Shown: positions 47,652-59,860 of the stretch, piece by piece
Position numbering within the stretch: position 1 is the stretch's first letter
Layout of the letters: the number at the start of each line of letters is the position of its first letter
From: Scyliorhinus canicula
Taxonomy: Eukaryota
DNA: 64,000 nt
Assembly (NCBI RefSeq): GCF_902713615.1
Contig: NC_052149.1
Coordinates: 127,413,256-127,477,255 of the forward strand
Direction of reading: 5' to 3'
Notes under the pieces: generated by a model
The model's database searches: none
What the model saw: the letters and a program-made list of their open reading frames with translations, nothing else
What the model was told of the DNA's origin: nothing
Made by a program: the position numbers and the translations under genes

Positions 47652-48660
47652 AGTATCTCTCCCTCAGTCTCTCTCTCTCTCTACCACAGTCTCTGTCCCT
47701 CAATCTCTCAATCCCTCTCTCACTCCCTCCCTCAGTATCTCTCCCTCAGTCTCTCTCTCTCTCTCTACCTCAGTATCTCTCCCTCAGTCTCTCAATCCCT
47801 CTCTCACTCCCTCCCTCAGTATCTCTCCCTCAGTCTCTCTCTCTCTCTCTCTCTACCTCAGTATCTCTCCCTCAGTCTCTCTCTCTCTCTCTGCCTCAGT
47901 ATCTCTCCCTCAGTCTCTCAATCCCTCTCTCACTCCCTCCCTCAGTATCTCTCCCTCAGTCTCTCAATCCCTCTCTCACTCCCTCCCTCAGTATCTCTCC
48001 CTCAGTCCCTCAGTCTCTCTCACTCCCTCCCTTAGTATCTCTCCCTCAGTCTCTCAATCCCTCTCTCACTCCCTCCCTCAGTATCTCTCCCTCAGTCCCT
48101 CAGTCTCTCTCACTCCCTCCCTCAGTATCTCTCCCTCAGTCTCTCAATCCCTCTCTCACTCCCTCCCTCAGTATATCTCCCTCAGTCTCTCTCTCTCTCT
48201 CTACCTCAGTATCTCTCCCTCAGTCTCTCAATCCCTCTCTCACTCCCTCCCTCAGTATCTCTCCCTCAGTCTCTCTCTCTCTCTCTACCTCAGTATCTCT
48301 CCCTCAGTCTCTCAATCCCTCTCTCACTCCCTCCCTCAGTTTCTCTCCCTCGGTCTCTCTCTTTCTCTCTACCTCAGTATCTCTCCCTCAGTCTCTCAAT
48401 CCCTCTCTCACTCCCTCCCTCAGTATCTCTCCCTCAGTCTCTCTCTCTCTACCTCAGTATCTCTCCCTCAGTCTCTCAATCCCTCTCTCACTCCCTCCCT
48501 CAGTATCTCTCCCTCGGTCTCTCTCTTTCTCTCTACCTCAGTATCTCTCCCTCAGTCTCTCAATCCCTCTCTCACTCCCTCCCTCAGTATCTCTCCCTCA
48601 ATCTCCCTCTCTCTCTACCTCAATATCTGTCCCTCATTCTCTCTACGCCTCCCTCCCTCA
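47652..48660. repeat. CT-rich minisatellite (CTCTCACTCCCTCCCTCAGTATCTCTCCCTCAGT variants)
   Basis: Directly visible tandem structure. Confidence 0.92.
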
Positions 48661-48672
48661 GTATATTTCTTT

Positions 48673-48935
48673 TGTAAGGGACAATGAAAGGAAGCTACAC
48701 TGAGTTGTGGAGAAAACAAAGTTTATTTTATTTAACATGTTAACTATTATATACAGCTCCAGTAGTTCCCGACTGGGTCTCCTCTCATCGGTGCCTAACT
48801 TGCTGACTCTATTTAAACGAAGGCACATGAACTGTGTTAAGGGTCTCCCTGCCACCTTATCTAGGAGCTCGTATTCTCTGCAAACTCCACATGCAGTGGA
48901 TAATCCCTACCCTTTGAGACCATGTGAGTTATAAC
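48673..48935 (-). mobile_element. Possible solo LTR
   Basis: TGT...ACA termini, AATAAA and TATA-like motifs on minus; TSD not convincing. Confidence 0.4.
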
Positions 48936-49394
48936 ACTGTCCCTCAGTTTTCCTCTCTCTCTCTGTCTTCCTGTCTGTCTCCTTCAGTATGTTTTCCTCC
49001 CTCTCTCTCTCTCCATCAGTATCTGTCCCTCAGTTTCCCTTCTCTATCTTTCTTCCTCCCTCTCAGTATCTGCCTCTCAGTTTTTCTCTCTCCCTCTCTC
49101 TGTCTGTCTCCATCTTATTCCTCGTGGTCTGAATTTTGTTCACGTGCTTCGTGCGTGATTGAGGGGTCTGGTTTTTTTTAACTTTAAAATGCCCAATTTA
49201 TTTTTCCCAATTAAGGAGCAATTTAGCCTGGCCAATCCAGCTAGCCTGCAAATCTTTGGGTTGCAGGGGTTAAACACACAGACATGGGGAGAATATGCAA
49301 ACTCCACATGGACAGTGACCAGGGGCCGGGAGCGAACCCAGGTCCTCAGCGCCGTGAGGCAGCAGTGCTAACCACTGCGCCATGCGCTGCTCGA

Positions 49395-49600
49395 GGGGTC
49401 CAGTTTTGTTTACGTGATTGGTGTGTGATTGAGGGGGTCTGGTTTTGATCACATGTTCGGTGCGTGATTGAGGGGATCTGGTTTTGTTCATGTGTTTGGT
49501 GCGTGATTGAGGGGATCCGGTTTTGTTCACATGTTCGCTGCGTGATTGAGGGGATCCGGTTTTGTTCACGTGTTTGCCGTGTGATTGACGGGACCGGAAA
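49395..49600. repeat. 39-bp tandem repeat (~5 copies; one more at ~49125-49175 before a SINE insertion)
   Basis: CGTGATTG recurs at 49463, 49502, 49541. Confidence 0.85.
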
Positions 49601-50489
49601 TAGCCGTGATTTCTGCTCCTGGCTGCCCTCGCATCTGACTCGTGATGTCACACTGGACAGTCAATTAAAGGGTGGCTTGTGTGAATCGGGCCCAGAGATT
49701 GGTACCAACAGGGCCGGGCATATGGGGCGTATGGCGGGCACCGGCTCAATGGAAACCTGGTGGTTTAACTTCAGCAGAGGCATTTCCCCGATGGCTGCCA
49801 GGGATTGGTGAGGAATCTCAGGGAGCCGTCCAGCAGAGGGTATAACAATTAGCATCAGTTAGGCCTCAGCATCAACTCGCTGGGCACGCTAGTTCTCAAA
49901 TGAGAACTTCTTAGCGAGAGGCCCCAGTGATCCTCCAATCACAATGCCCCCATGATAAAGCTGCCCACAGTCTCACCAGTCCATCCAGACTCCACATTGA
50001 CTATGTGAAGATTGATAATTCTGACATATTGTCTTCCTCCCTCAGCTGAGCCATCCTCAAGATCCGGGACCCAGAGGACCACCGCGTGTCACCCAAGGTC
50101 GAGCAATGGACAGATCCACCAGCATAACCCCCTCTCTTGTAACCAGGCACCAGCTGAGATACAGGCAGGTCAGTGACCATTCAATCCTTTGGTCCGATGG
50201 TACTGCACAGGGCATAGGGCACGACACACTGACCTGAGGAGCTGGCGGAGGAGGAGTGAGCAGGGTGCCGGCAGTCGGAGGGTTGCAGGAAGTCAGGGTC
50301 ACGCTGAGTCCAAGGCTGCTGATCAGCCTCTGGAGTTGCCAATCAGTCGGCAGATGCTGGATGTACAGTGGGATGGGCAGGAAGATTTGACGGAGATCCC
50401 TGAGGGTCTGTGTGCCGTGGTCTCTGCACAGACGAGTCCATGCGGAGAGTGAGCCTTGTGACCACTGTGGGTGTCAGTGAGTCTGATCG

Positions 50490-51200
50490 GGGGGAGGGAG
50501 GGAATGTGGGGGGGGGGAGAGTGGAGGGAGGGGGAGGGAGCGAGTGGAGGGAGGAGCAGGGAGGGAGGGGAGAGAGTGAGCAAGGGGAGAGTGAGCGAGG
50601 GGAGGGAGGGAGTGAGGTGAGGGAGGGAGCAAGGGGGCGAAGGGAAGGAGGGAACAAGGGGTGGAGGGGAGTGAGAGAAGGGTGGGAGCGCAGGGAGGGA
50701 GAGAGCGGGGAGGGAGGGAGCGTGGAGGAGGCAGGATGCGAGGGGAGGGGAGGGAGGGAGCGCGGAGATGGAGCGAGGGGAGAGCATGGAGAGGAAGGGA
50801 GCAAAGGGAGGGAGCGCGGGGAGGGAGGGAGCGCGGGAGGGAGGCAGGGTGCAAGGGGAGGGGAGGGAAGGAGCGCGGAGATGGAGCGAGGGGAGAGCAT
50901 GGAGAGGGAGGGAGCGCGGGGAGGGAGGGAGCGCAGGAGGGAGGGAGGGAAGGGAGAGGGCGCGGAGAAGGAGGCAGGGTGCGAGCAGAGGGGTGAGGGA
51001 GCAGGGAAAGGGAAGGAGGGAGGGAAGGGAGGGGGAGAAGGGAAGGAGGAAGCAGGAGGGAACGAGGGGAAGAAGTGAGGGGAGGGAGTGAGCAGGAAGG
51101 GAGGGCATGTGGGGAGTGAACGGGGGAGAGAGGGAGTGATGGGAGTGTAGTCGCGGGAGAGGGAGGTAGAGGGGGAGGGAGGTAGCGGGAATAGGGAGGG
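50490..51200. repeat. GA-rich low-complexity tract
   Basis: GGGA/GGAG-rich, with some longer internal repeats. Confidence 0.85.
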
Positions 51201-51499
51201 GCACCAAGACACAGCTCTCTCAAACGCAAGGTTATAGCCTTGCCTTACAAGGATGGTCCGCCGAAGATTCTTTCAGTTCCTCAGTGTGATATGTGATTTT
51301 TGTGTGATTGTTAGAGTATGTTACGTTCTTGATTTGTTACTCTGAAAATAAATACATATTGATTTTGTTTGAATGTTCTGAGCATTATTCATGTTTTCCA
51401 TTGGTGCTGGACATGGTGGTGGGAGAGATGGGAGGGGATGTAAACTTTCTGACAGAGATTGTCATTCGATACCAGGGGGGGCGAGGGCCAGAAATGTTT

Positions 51500-52600
51500 G
51501 GTGAGGAAGCTGTGCTCTTGGGGTGAGGTTGACGCTCTGAATCCAGGCCCCCCTGGTGTTCCTGCCTCCCTGAATTTCCTCACCTCTACCTCCACGCCCT
51601 CACCTTGTGTCTCCTGGCTCCTCATCAGATCCATCAGTAGATTCATCCGCTGTGACCTATGGAGCTGCCTCACTAACCTCATTCTCCATTGGGTAACCCC
51701 TGCCAGGGGCAGATTGTGCAGAGAAGGCAGACAGTGACTATAAGCCACGCGCTCTGGAGGATATCGAAGTGCTCACCCTGATCAGTCCAAGCAGCAGAAC
51801 CTCATCTTCGCCCTTGTAGAGACATGTTGTATCTCTCCTCCACCATGGCCCTTGGATGACGGAGTGATATCATGAGCCACCTTTTCCTGGGATATCCGTT
51901 GTCTCTTGTGGTGGTTGTGTATCAGTGTAGATGCAATACAACTGAGCAAGCACTAGAGGGAGCACGGGAGAGCTATAAATACACAGGGACAGGAAGTGAG
52001 GACACACTTCACAGAAGGGGCCTTGGCAGCAGGACTGGCAGACACAGGCAGGCAGCATTTGAGGTAGCTGTAAGTTAAGCTCTGAAGACAGAACAAATTC
52101 ACAATAAAGCATCTTCTCCAACTTTGAGACTACGAGCTTCATTAAGACACAAGGAACAACACATCTCCCAGCAGCCAACCATCCAGCTGAGCTGGAGCCA
52201 TGAACAGCCTTGTCAACTGGGAGTGTCACAGGGTGCAGACATCATGGGAGCCAGGGTATCTCTCATAGATTTGCAGGATCTGTGTCTTGTGATCACAGAC
52301 TATCTGCACGTTCATGCAGCGAAGGCACTTTCTGTTCATGAATGCACCCAGCTGACCCTCTGGCTGTATGAGTGTATCTATGACACCCTGAATGTGTGGG
52401 AACCCAGCGATTAGTGTGAAGCCTCTGGCTATCTCAGCCTTGCTGGCTTCGTCCATCCGGAAATGATTGAATGTCCTGACCCATCTGGAGAGAGTGTCAG
52501 TGACCAGCTTGATACAACTGTGGACAGGTGAATGAGACACTCCACACTGATCCCCCACTGACCCCTGGGCCGATCCGGAGGCTAAATTGTTGAGGGTTAT
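51500..52600 (-). mobile_element. Harbinger-like DDE transposase remnant split by a solo LTR
   Basis: GFPHIQGVID, MNVQIVCDH, WLLGD-NGYP, ERYN and LHNL motifs. Confidence 0.75.
51907..52163 (+). mobile_element. Solo LTR
   Basis: TGT...ACA, TATAAA and AATAAA, TSD TCTC(T/C); splits the transposase reading frame. Confidence 0.8.
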
Positions 52601-53225
52601 GTGCCTGGCTGTCCACTTGGAGATAATCTACCCAATCATCTGGCCACAGTCCCCCGGGAAAGGCGGAGGGAGCCTGCTTCAGCTCGGGACCTCAGAAATG
52701 TTGAGGGAGCTGGATTACTGCCTGTGGATTCTGGCAGCAGGACAGTGGCATCTTCTGCAGACCCTTCAGCCCTCAATCCCTACTGGCCCTGTGCCTGCAC
52801 CTCTCCTCCCACAGGACGCTCCCTGGGACGCTGCCCGTAGACACCTAGCCCCCTCTCCCTTCTGCCCCTCTCCCCTCTTCAGAGGAAGTCTCACCAGCAG
52901 GGAATACAAACCCCATTTGCAGAGATGCAGACGGCAGTGTCTCCTGCACTGAAGGCTGAACTCACCAGAAATCCTCCCAGAGAGTTAATGAAACAAAAGT
53001 GTCCTTAATGAAAAGCTCCCAAAGCAAATCATCCAGCTGAAACCTCAGCAATAATCCAGCAGCAAACTCTCACCGAAACTGCTCACTATTCAAACTGCCA
53101 ATGCTCCCGTCTCCTGTTATCCCGCCCTGGAATGAGAAATCCAGCAAAACGGAATGTCCGTGCTGCCTGTGAGACGCCCCCAAAGTCACACAGGCAGCGG
53201 GAGATCAGATTCTGTACAATTGGCT

Positions 53226-53640
53226 GGGAACAGCAACGTAGAATTCTGAGCGGAGATAAACGGTGCCCTCTGGTGGAGGAGCCGGGAACAGCAACGTAGA
53301 ATTCTGAGCGGAGACAAACGGTGCCCTCTGGTGGAGGAGCCGGGAACAGCAACGTAGAATTCTGAGCAGAGACAAACGGTGCCCTCTTGTGGAGGAGCCG
53401 GGAACAGCAACGTAGAATTCTGAGCGGAAACAAACGGTGCCCTCTGGTGGAGGAGCCGGGAACAGCAACGGAGAATTCTGAGCGGAGAGAAACGATGCCC
53501 TCTGGTGGAGGAGTCGGGAATAGCAACGGAGAATTCTGAGCGGAGATAAACGATGCCCCCTGGTGGTCAGGCAGGGAACAGCAACGGAGAATTCTGAGCG
53601 GAGAGAAACAAAGTCCTCTGGTGAACGGACCGGGAACAAG
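53226..53640 (-). repeat. 58-bp tandem repeat (~7 units), each unit carrying a CTCF-like extended motif
   Basis: GGGAACAGC recurs at 53226, 53284, 53342, 53400 and 53458, with variants at ~53516 and ~53574; minus-strand cores CCACCAGAGGGCAC-like at 53263, 53321, 53379, 53437, 53495, 53553. Confidence 0.9.
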
Positions 53641-54334
53641 GACACCGAATCTTCAAACTCCAGCTGGGCCGATCAGGACTGATGTCAGCAAACATTTCTT
53701 CACTTGAAGACTTGTGGAAATCTGGAACTTTCTCACTGAAAAAAAGCTGTTGAAGTCAATTCAAAATGTTCAAACTGAGCTTGATGGGGTTTTCTTACAC
53801 AAGGTTATTGAGGGTCATGGAGCAAGCTGGAGAAATGGAGTTAAGATTCAGATTGACCATGATCTAATTGAATGGTGGGACAGGCTCGAGGGGCTGAATG
53901 GCCTCCTCCTGATCCCATGGGCGGGATTTTCCCCTACTTGGCGGGACGGAGTGGCTGTGAACCACTCCATCGTCGGGCCGCCCCAAAGGTGCAGAATCCT
54001 CCGCAACTTGAGCGGCTAGGCCTGCACTTTTAAGGGTGCGGAGTGGTTGGCGCCCGGCAGGCTGGCATGGAAGGCCTTTGGCGCCACGCCAGCCGGGGCC
54101 AAAGAGACTCCGCCGGCCAGCACGGGTCCGCGCATGCAGGAGAGCGTCAGCGGCTGCTGACGTCAACCCCGCGCATGCACAGGGTGGGGTTTCACCTACG
54201 CGTCTAACATGGCGGAGGCTGATGGTCGGCGCGTAGGAAAAGAGTGCCCCCATGGCACAGGCCCGCCCGCAGATTGGTGGGGCCCGATCACGGGCCAGGC
54301 CACCGTGGGGGCACCCTCCCCAGTGCCAGATTGC

Positions 54335-55910
54335 CCCACGCCCCACTGGAGGAGGGGACTCCACAAATATCCCCGTCCTCAATGATGGAGGAGCCCAGCA
54401 CTTCAGCCCAAAAGACAAGGCTGAGGCATTCACAACAATCTTCAGCCAGAAGGGCCGAGCGAATGATCCATCTTGTTCTCCTCTGGAGGTCTCCAGCATC
54501 ACAGATGCTCGGCTTCAGCCAATTGGATTCATTCCACGTGATATCAGGAAAAGGCTGTAGGCACTGGATACTGCAAAGGCTATGGGCCCTGACAACATCC
54601 CAACAATACAGTAGTACTGAAGATTTGTGCTCCAGAACATTGTCACACCCCTAGCCAAGTACAGCTACAACACTGGCATCTACCCAGCAATGTGGAAAAT
54701 TGCCCAGCTGTGTCCTGTACACAAAAAACAGGACAAAGCCAACCTAGCCAATTACCGCCCCATCAGTCCACACTCGGACATCAGCAAAGTGATGGAAGGA
54801 GTCATCATCAGCTATCAAACAGCACTTACTCAGCAATGACCTGCTCACTGACGCTCAGTTTGGGTTCCGCCAGGGTCACTCAGCTCCTGACCTCATTATA
54901 GCCTTGGACTAAAGCACTGAATGCCAAAGGTGAGGTGAGAGTGACTGCCCTTGACCGAGTTTGGCATCAAGGAGCCAAAACAAAACTGGAGTCAATGGGA
55001 ACATCACTGTAGGAGTTCCTCAGGGTAGTGTCCTAGATCCAACCATCTTCAGCTGCTTCATCAATGATCTCCCTTCCATCATAAGGTCGGAAGTGGGGAT
55101 GTTTGCAGATGACTGCACAATGTTCAGCACCATTCACGACTCCTCAGATATTGAAGCAGGACCTTGGCAGAGAAGTGGCAAGTTACAATCGCGCCACACA
55201 AGTGCCACGCAATGACCATCTCCTACAAGAGAGGATCTAACCACCACCCTTTGACATTCAATGGCATTACCATTGCTGAATCCCCACAATCAACATTGTG
55301 AGGGTTACCATTGACCAGAAACTGAACTGGACAAGCCACATTAATACTGTGGCTACCAGGGCAGGTTAAAGGCTAGGAATCCTACAATGAGTAACTCACC
55401 TCTTGACCTCCCAAAGCCTGTCCACCATCTACATGGCACAAGTCAGGAGTGGGATGGAATACTCCCACTTCCCTGGATGAGCGCAGCTCCAACAACACTC
55501 AAGAAGCTCAACACCATCCAGGACAAAACAGCTGCTTGATTAACATCCTATCCACCAGTTTAAACATTCACTCCCTACCCCGCAGACGCACAGTGGCAGC
55601 CTTATGTACCATCTACAAGATGCACTGCAGTAACTCACCAAGGTTCCTTCGACAGCACCTTCCAAACCCATAACCACTACCATCTAGTAGCACAGGAGCA
55701 GCAGATATATTGAAACACCACCACCTGGAGGTTTCCTTGTGTGACTCAAATCACATCATCCTGGGTCAAAATCCTGAACCTCCCTCCTTAACAGCACAGT
55801 GGGTGTACCTACACCACATGGACTCAGTGCTCAGTGAAGGCAGCTCACCACCACTTCTTCAGGGGCAATTAAGGATGGGCAATAAATGCTGATCCAGCCA
55901 GTGACACCCT
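54335..55910 (+). mobile_element. Degenerate CR1/L2-group LINE RT region (related pieces at ~2100-2540 and ~43445-44800)
   Basis: [27 protein letters not shown] remnants with stops and frameshifts. Confidence 0.7.
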
Positions 55911-56099
55911 CATCACATGAATGAATACATTTTTCAAAGTGTAGCCTCAGCCTCTTCTCTATTCTGTGTGTGGAAGTCTGGACCCTGTCGCCAGGATATT
56001 TGACAACAGGAACCATCACCACTTTGTCCAATTCTGTCCCCAACCAAAATTCCCCGCACAACCTGAATTTATCTTGTGCCGTAATGTATAAAACCTCTG

Positions 56100-56950
56100 A
56101 CTTCCGGGGGTGCGGGTGTGCTGGGCAGTCACAGGAAAGGTGTCTATCCTCTAAACTTCAGATTAATTACTTTAGACCTGAAGATTGGCCTCTGAGCCAA
56201 ATAAAACCCTTCCCACCCTCCCCCAAAAGCACCACAGGCCCAAGGTATGCCCGCAAACATGCAAAGGGGCCGAAAAGATAAAGAGGGCAGCAAGAGCCGG
56301 GAAAGGAAGGATGAAGCTGCAGACAGGGGGAGTGAGGCAGAGAAAGTCATGGGAGAGAGAGGAATGCCGCCGAGACAAACACCAATTTACTCACCAATAG
56401 GACAATGGATGGAGCTCCCAACACAGGAGATCCTAAAATACACAGACACCATAAAGAAAGAAATCATGGCAACGGTAAAGTCAGCGGTTGCGGACACCTT
56501 CAAAGAGGCGCTGGTGACGACGGGTGCGAGTTCTCGAGAAGGCAGCCACCGACCAAGGAGACCAATCGACCCGCTGGAAGCGAGCCCAGGGAGCGCTCAA
56601 GTGGAAGGTGGAGGACCAAGAGAACATGTCTCGCTGTCAGAACCTCAGGATTGTGGAGCTACCGGAGGGCACCGAGGGCAGAAACCCAACAGGCTACGTG
56701 GCACGGATGCAGGGTAAGCTGGTCGGGGATGAAAGCTTCCCCAAGCCCCAAAGTGGACATAGTCGACAGGTCGCTCCATCGAAGCCTAATTATCGGCATC
56801 TCCAGCAGTTCCAGGACAAGGAACGGATCCTGAACGGGGCACAGACTACGCAGTCCTGCATGTGGGAAGGGCACTGAGTCCGTGTCTATCAAGACATTGG
56901 GGCAGTCCTGGCCAAGTACAGCTGAATTTAAAGGAGCCAAAAGAGCAAGG
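56100..56950 (+). mobile_element. L1-clade 5' end and ORF1 fragment
   Basis: NMSRCQNLRIVELPEG-like ORF1 similarity to the 38-kb L1. Confidence 0.65.
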
Positions 56951-57114
56951 TATAAGGTATGTGCCATACAACCTGAAGGCTTCTCTATTCACCGGGCGGA
57001 CCGCACGGCATCTTCAGGCAAAGCGAAGGGTGGAGGGGTTTGCCTCCTCATCAACTCCTCCTGGTGCTTGGATGTGGCGACCCTGGCGACCTACTGCTCC
57101 CCAGACCTGGAAGG

Positions 57115-57403
57115 TGTGGTGATATGCCTGTATATAGTTACCAATGTGACCTCTAATCAGCTGGTGGCGATAGAGATCTACCATGTGACTTGCGACGCCC
57201 ACCAGTTGGTAGTAAGTCGTACAAGAGGATAGTCGCACTTCGAGTAGCTCCGGGAGGATTCACTGAATGCATTTAGTAGCCATCGTCTCTATTATAGTCT
57301 GTTAATTATCTTACCATGTGTTTGTTAATAAATCATTTTTTCTAGTTAAAGAACTAGATGTTCTGTGTAAATCATTACCACGGTTATAACACAGAACACA
57401 ACA
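57115..57403 (+). mobile_element. Solo LTR
   Basis: TGTGGTG...ACAACA, AATAAA, perfect 5-bp TSD GAAGG. Confidence 0.8.
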
Positions 57404-57759
57404 GAAGGGACAAAGGGCAAGAACTGACCACAACGGTGAGTCCTAATCACGGCAGGCCAACGCCAAACAAGCCCACCCGATCCATTCCCAGTACAGTTCA
57501 GTGCCAGGGGGAAACTATAACGGGGGGGCAAAGCTACGCAGCGGTGGCAGCCGATCGCCAGGGGCTCACAAACAGGGGCTCCAACACCTGTACGTAGGCT
57601 CTATCTCAAGGGAACACAGTTAGATATCTGCTCTACAAGAGCTCTTGGGTCTCCCGTTGGCATCGGTCGGTTTTGTCCTTGCTCCCTGCTCTGTTCCTTC
57701 ATTTCCCCTAACATTGCACTCTGTAAGTATCCTTTTTGTTTGTTTTCATGTTGATTTTT

Positions 57760-59376
57760 TAAAACGTTTTTATTAAGGATTTTTTGATATTATACAGAAC
57801 AATGGTGTGAACATACATTGAAAACAAAAATATATACATCGGTCATCTTCCATTATTTACATCAGTTGTCTTTCGTTATTTACAAAAGTTACAGCTTCTT
57901 GCTTTACGTTCTCCAATCGACGTTTATTTCTAGCTGGACCCCCTCCCTCCCTCCTTCCCTCTCCCCCTTTTCCTGACCCCCTCCCCTTCTAGTCCTCAGG
58001 CGTGCTCTCATCAGTTCTTATATCCAGTTCCTGATTGGTTAGTGTGAACCATGTATGATGTAATGTGCTGGGCGTGGTTGGGCTCAATGCCTGTTTATAT
58101 CCCCAAATCTCACCCCCCCCCCCCCCCCCCCCCCCCCACCCTCTTTTGTTTGCATTCATTATTGTACCATGGCTTCCATCTCCCTTCCTCTGTCTTATTG
58201 GCTGTTGGCAACAAACAATCTTGGAACAACTGGGTGAATGCTCCCCACACGTTTTGTGGAATCTCTTTTCCGACCCCCGGATGGCAAATTTAATTTTCTC
58301 TACCTGGAGAAATTCCGATAGGTTGGACAGCCAGTCTGCAGTTTTGGGTGGTGGTGCTGATCGCCAAGCAAGCAGGATTCTCGGGCTGGTGATCAGGGAG
58401 GGAAAGGCAAGGGTGTCAGCCCTCCTCCCCATGAAGAAATCTGGCTGGTCTGATACCCCGAAGACCGCCACTCTCGGGCATGGCTCCACCCTCATCACCA
58501 CAACCTTGGACATTGCCACAAAGAAGGCTGTCCAGTACCCTACTAGTCTGGGGTAAGACCAGATCATGTGGGCGTGGTTGGCCGGGCTCCCTTGGCACCG
58601 TTCGTATTGGTCTTCCCTCTTCTGGTTAAGTGGGCTCTGTGCACCACTTTCAGCTGCTTTAAGCTAAGTCTTGTGCATGCGGGGAGGGGGGGGGGGGGGG
58701 GGGGGGGGGGAATTGACCCTGTGCAGTGCTTCGCTCCAAAGTCCCCACCCTATTTCAAACCCTAGGTCTTCCTTCACTTTTCCCTTGTCTCGTCCAGTGG
58801 TCTACCTGCCCTTCCTATTAGTTGCCCATACAGGTCGCCACGGTTCCCCCTCCCTAAGATGTCCACGTCCGATAAGTCCGTCCTCCAACAGCGATCGTTG
58901 CGGGGGTCGTGGATATGTTTTTGTTTCCTTACTTAAGAAATTTACCTGCATGTCTGAGCTAGCAACCCCCCACCCCCGGTCAGCTGGAACGTCTGTTAGT
59001 TCCTGTAGTGTTGTCAGTCTGTTGTCTGCGTAGAAGTCCCTAACTGTCAGTGTCCCCCTGTCCTGTCACCACCATTTGAAGGCGGCGCCCATTGTCACCA
59101 GAGTGAACTTATGGTTGTTGCAGATGGACATTTCGGTTAATCTGAAGAGCTGCCGTGGTTGGTTCCACGACCGGAGTGTTGCTACCACCACTGGGCTCGT
59201 TGAGTATTTGCACGGTGTGGATGGGAGCGTAGCCATGGCCAGTCTTCGGGGGAAGGATCCTGTGCCACAGCACTCCTTGATTCACACCCACTCGGCTTCT
59301 GGCTTCTTTATCCCTTTACCCTCTCTGCGATTGCCGCCCAGTGGTAATATTGCATGTTTGGGAAGGCCAGCCGCTT

Positions 59377-59407
<31 letters not shown>

Positions 59408-59860
59408 TCTCTGCAGGACCTTTCGGGGGATTCGGGATTTCTCGGGGGTTTTAGAGATGGGGCCTTAGGGATGTAGATCGGTATGGATCTGAACAGGAAG
59501 AGGAACCTGGGCAATATGTTCATCTTGATCGTTTGCATTCTCCCTGCTTGGGAGAGTGGGTGCATGTCCCACCTCTGCAGGTTCCATTTATGGGTCCGTG
59601 TCCAGTCATGGTAAATTTGGATCCCCAGGTAGCGGAATCTGTGTCGGGCTTGTTTAAATGGCAATCCATCCAGCTCTGCCCCTCCCCCTTGCGGGTTCAC
59701 CGGGAAGATCTCACTTTTGGTCAGATTGAGTCTGTAGCCCGAGAAGGTGCCAAACTCTTTCAGGAGCGCCATGATTCCCTCCTTGCTGTTTTGCAGGTTC
59801 GAGATCTAGAAGAGTAGGTCATCCACATAGAACGAGACTCTGTGCTCTCTACTTCATGTT
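57760..59860 (-). mobile_element. L1-clade 3' fragment
   Basis: MALLKEFGTFSGYRLN...FRYLGI...NILPRFLFLF and the C-terminal region match the 33-35 kb L1. Confidence 0.8.

Noticed and set aside
47585-48703. 372-aa Ser/Leu-rich ORF
   Set aside because: CT minisatellite artefact
53226-53640. CRISPR-like or coding interpretation of the 58-bp array
   Set aside because: Whole units repeat without unique spacers in a vertebrate context; the ORFs are repeat translations
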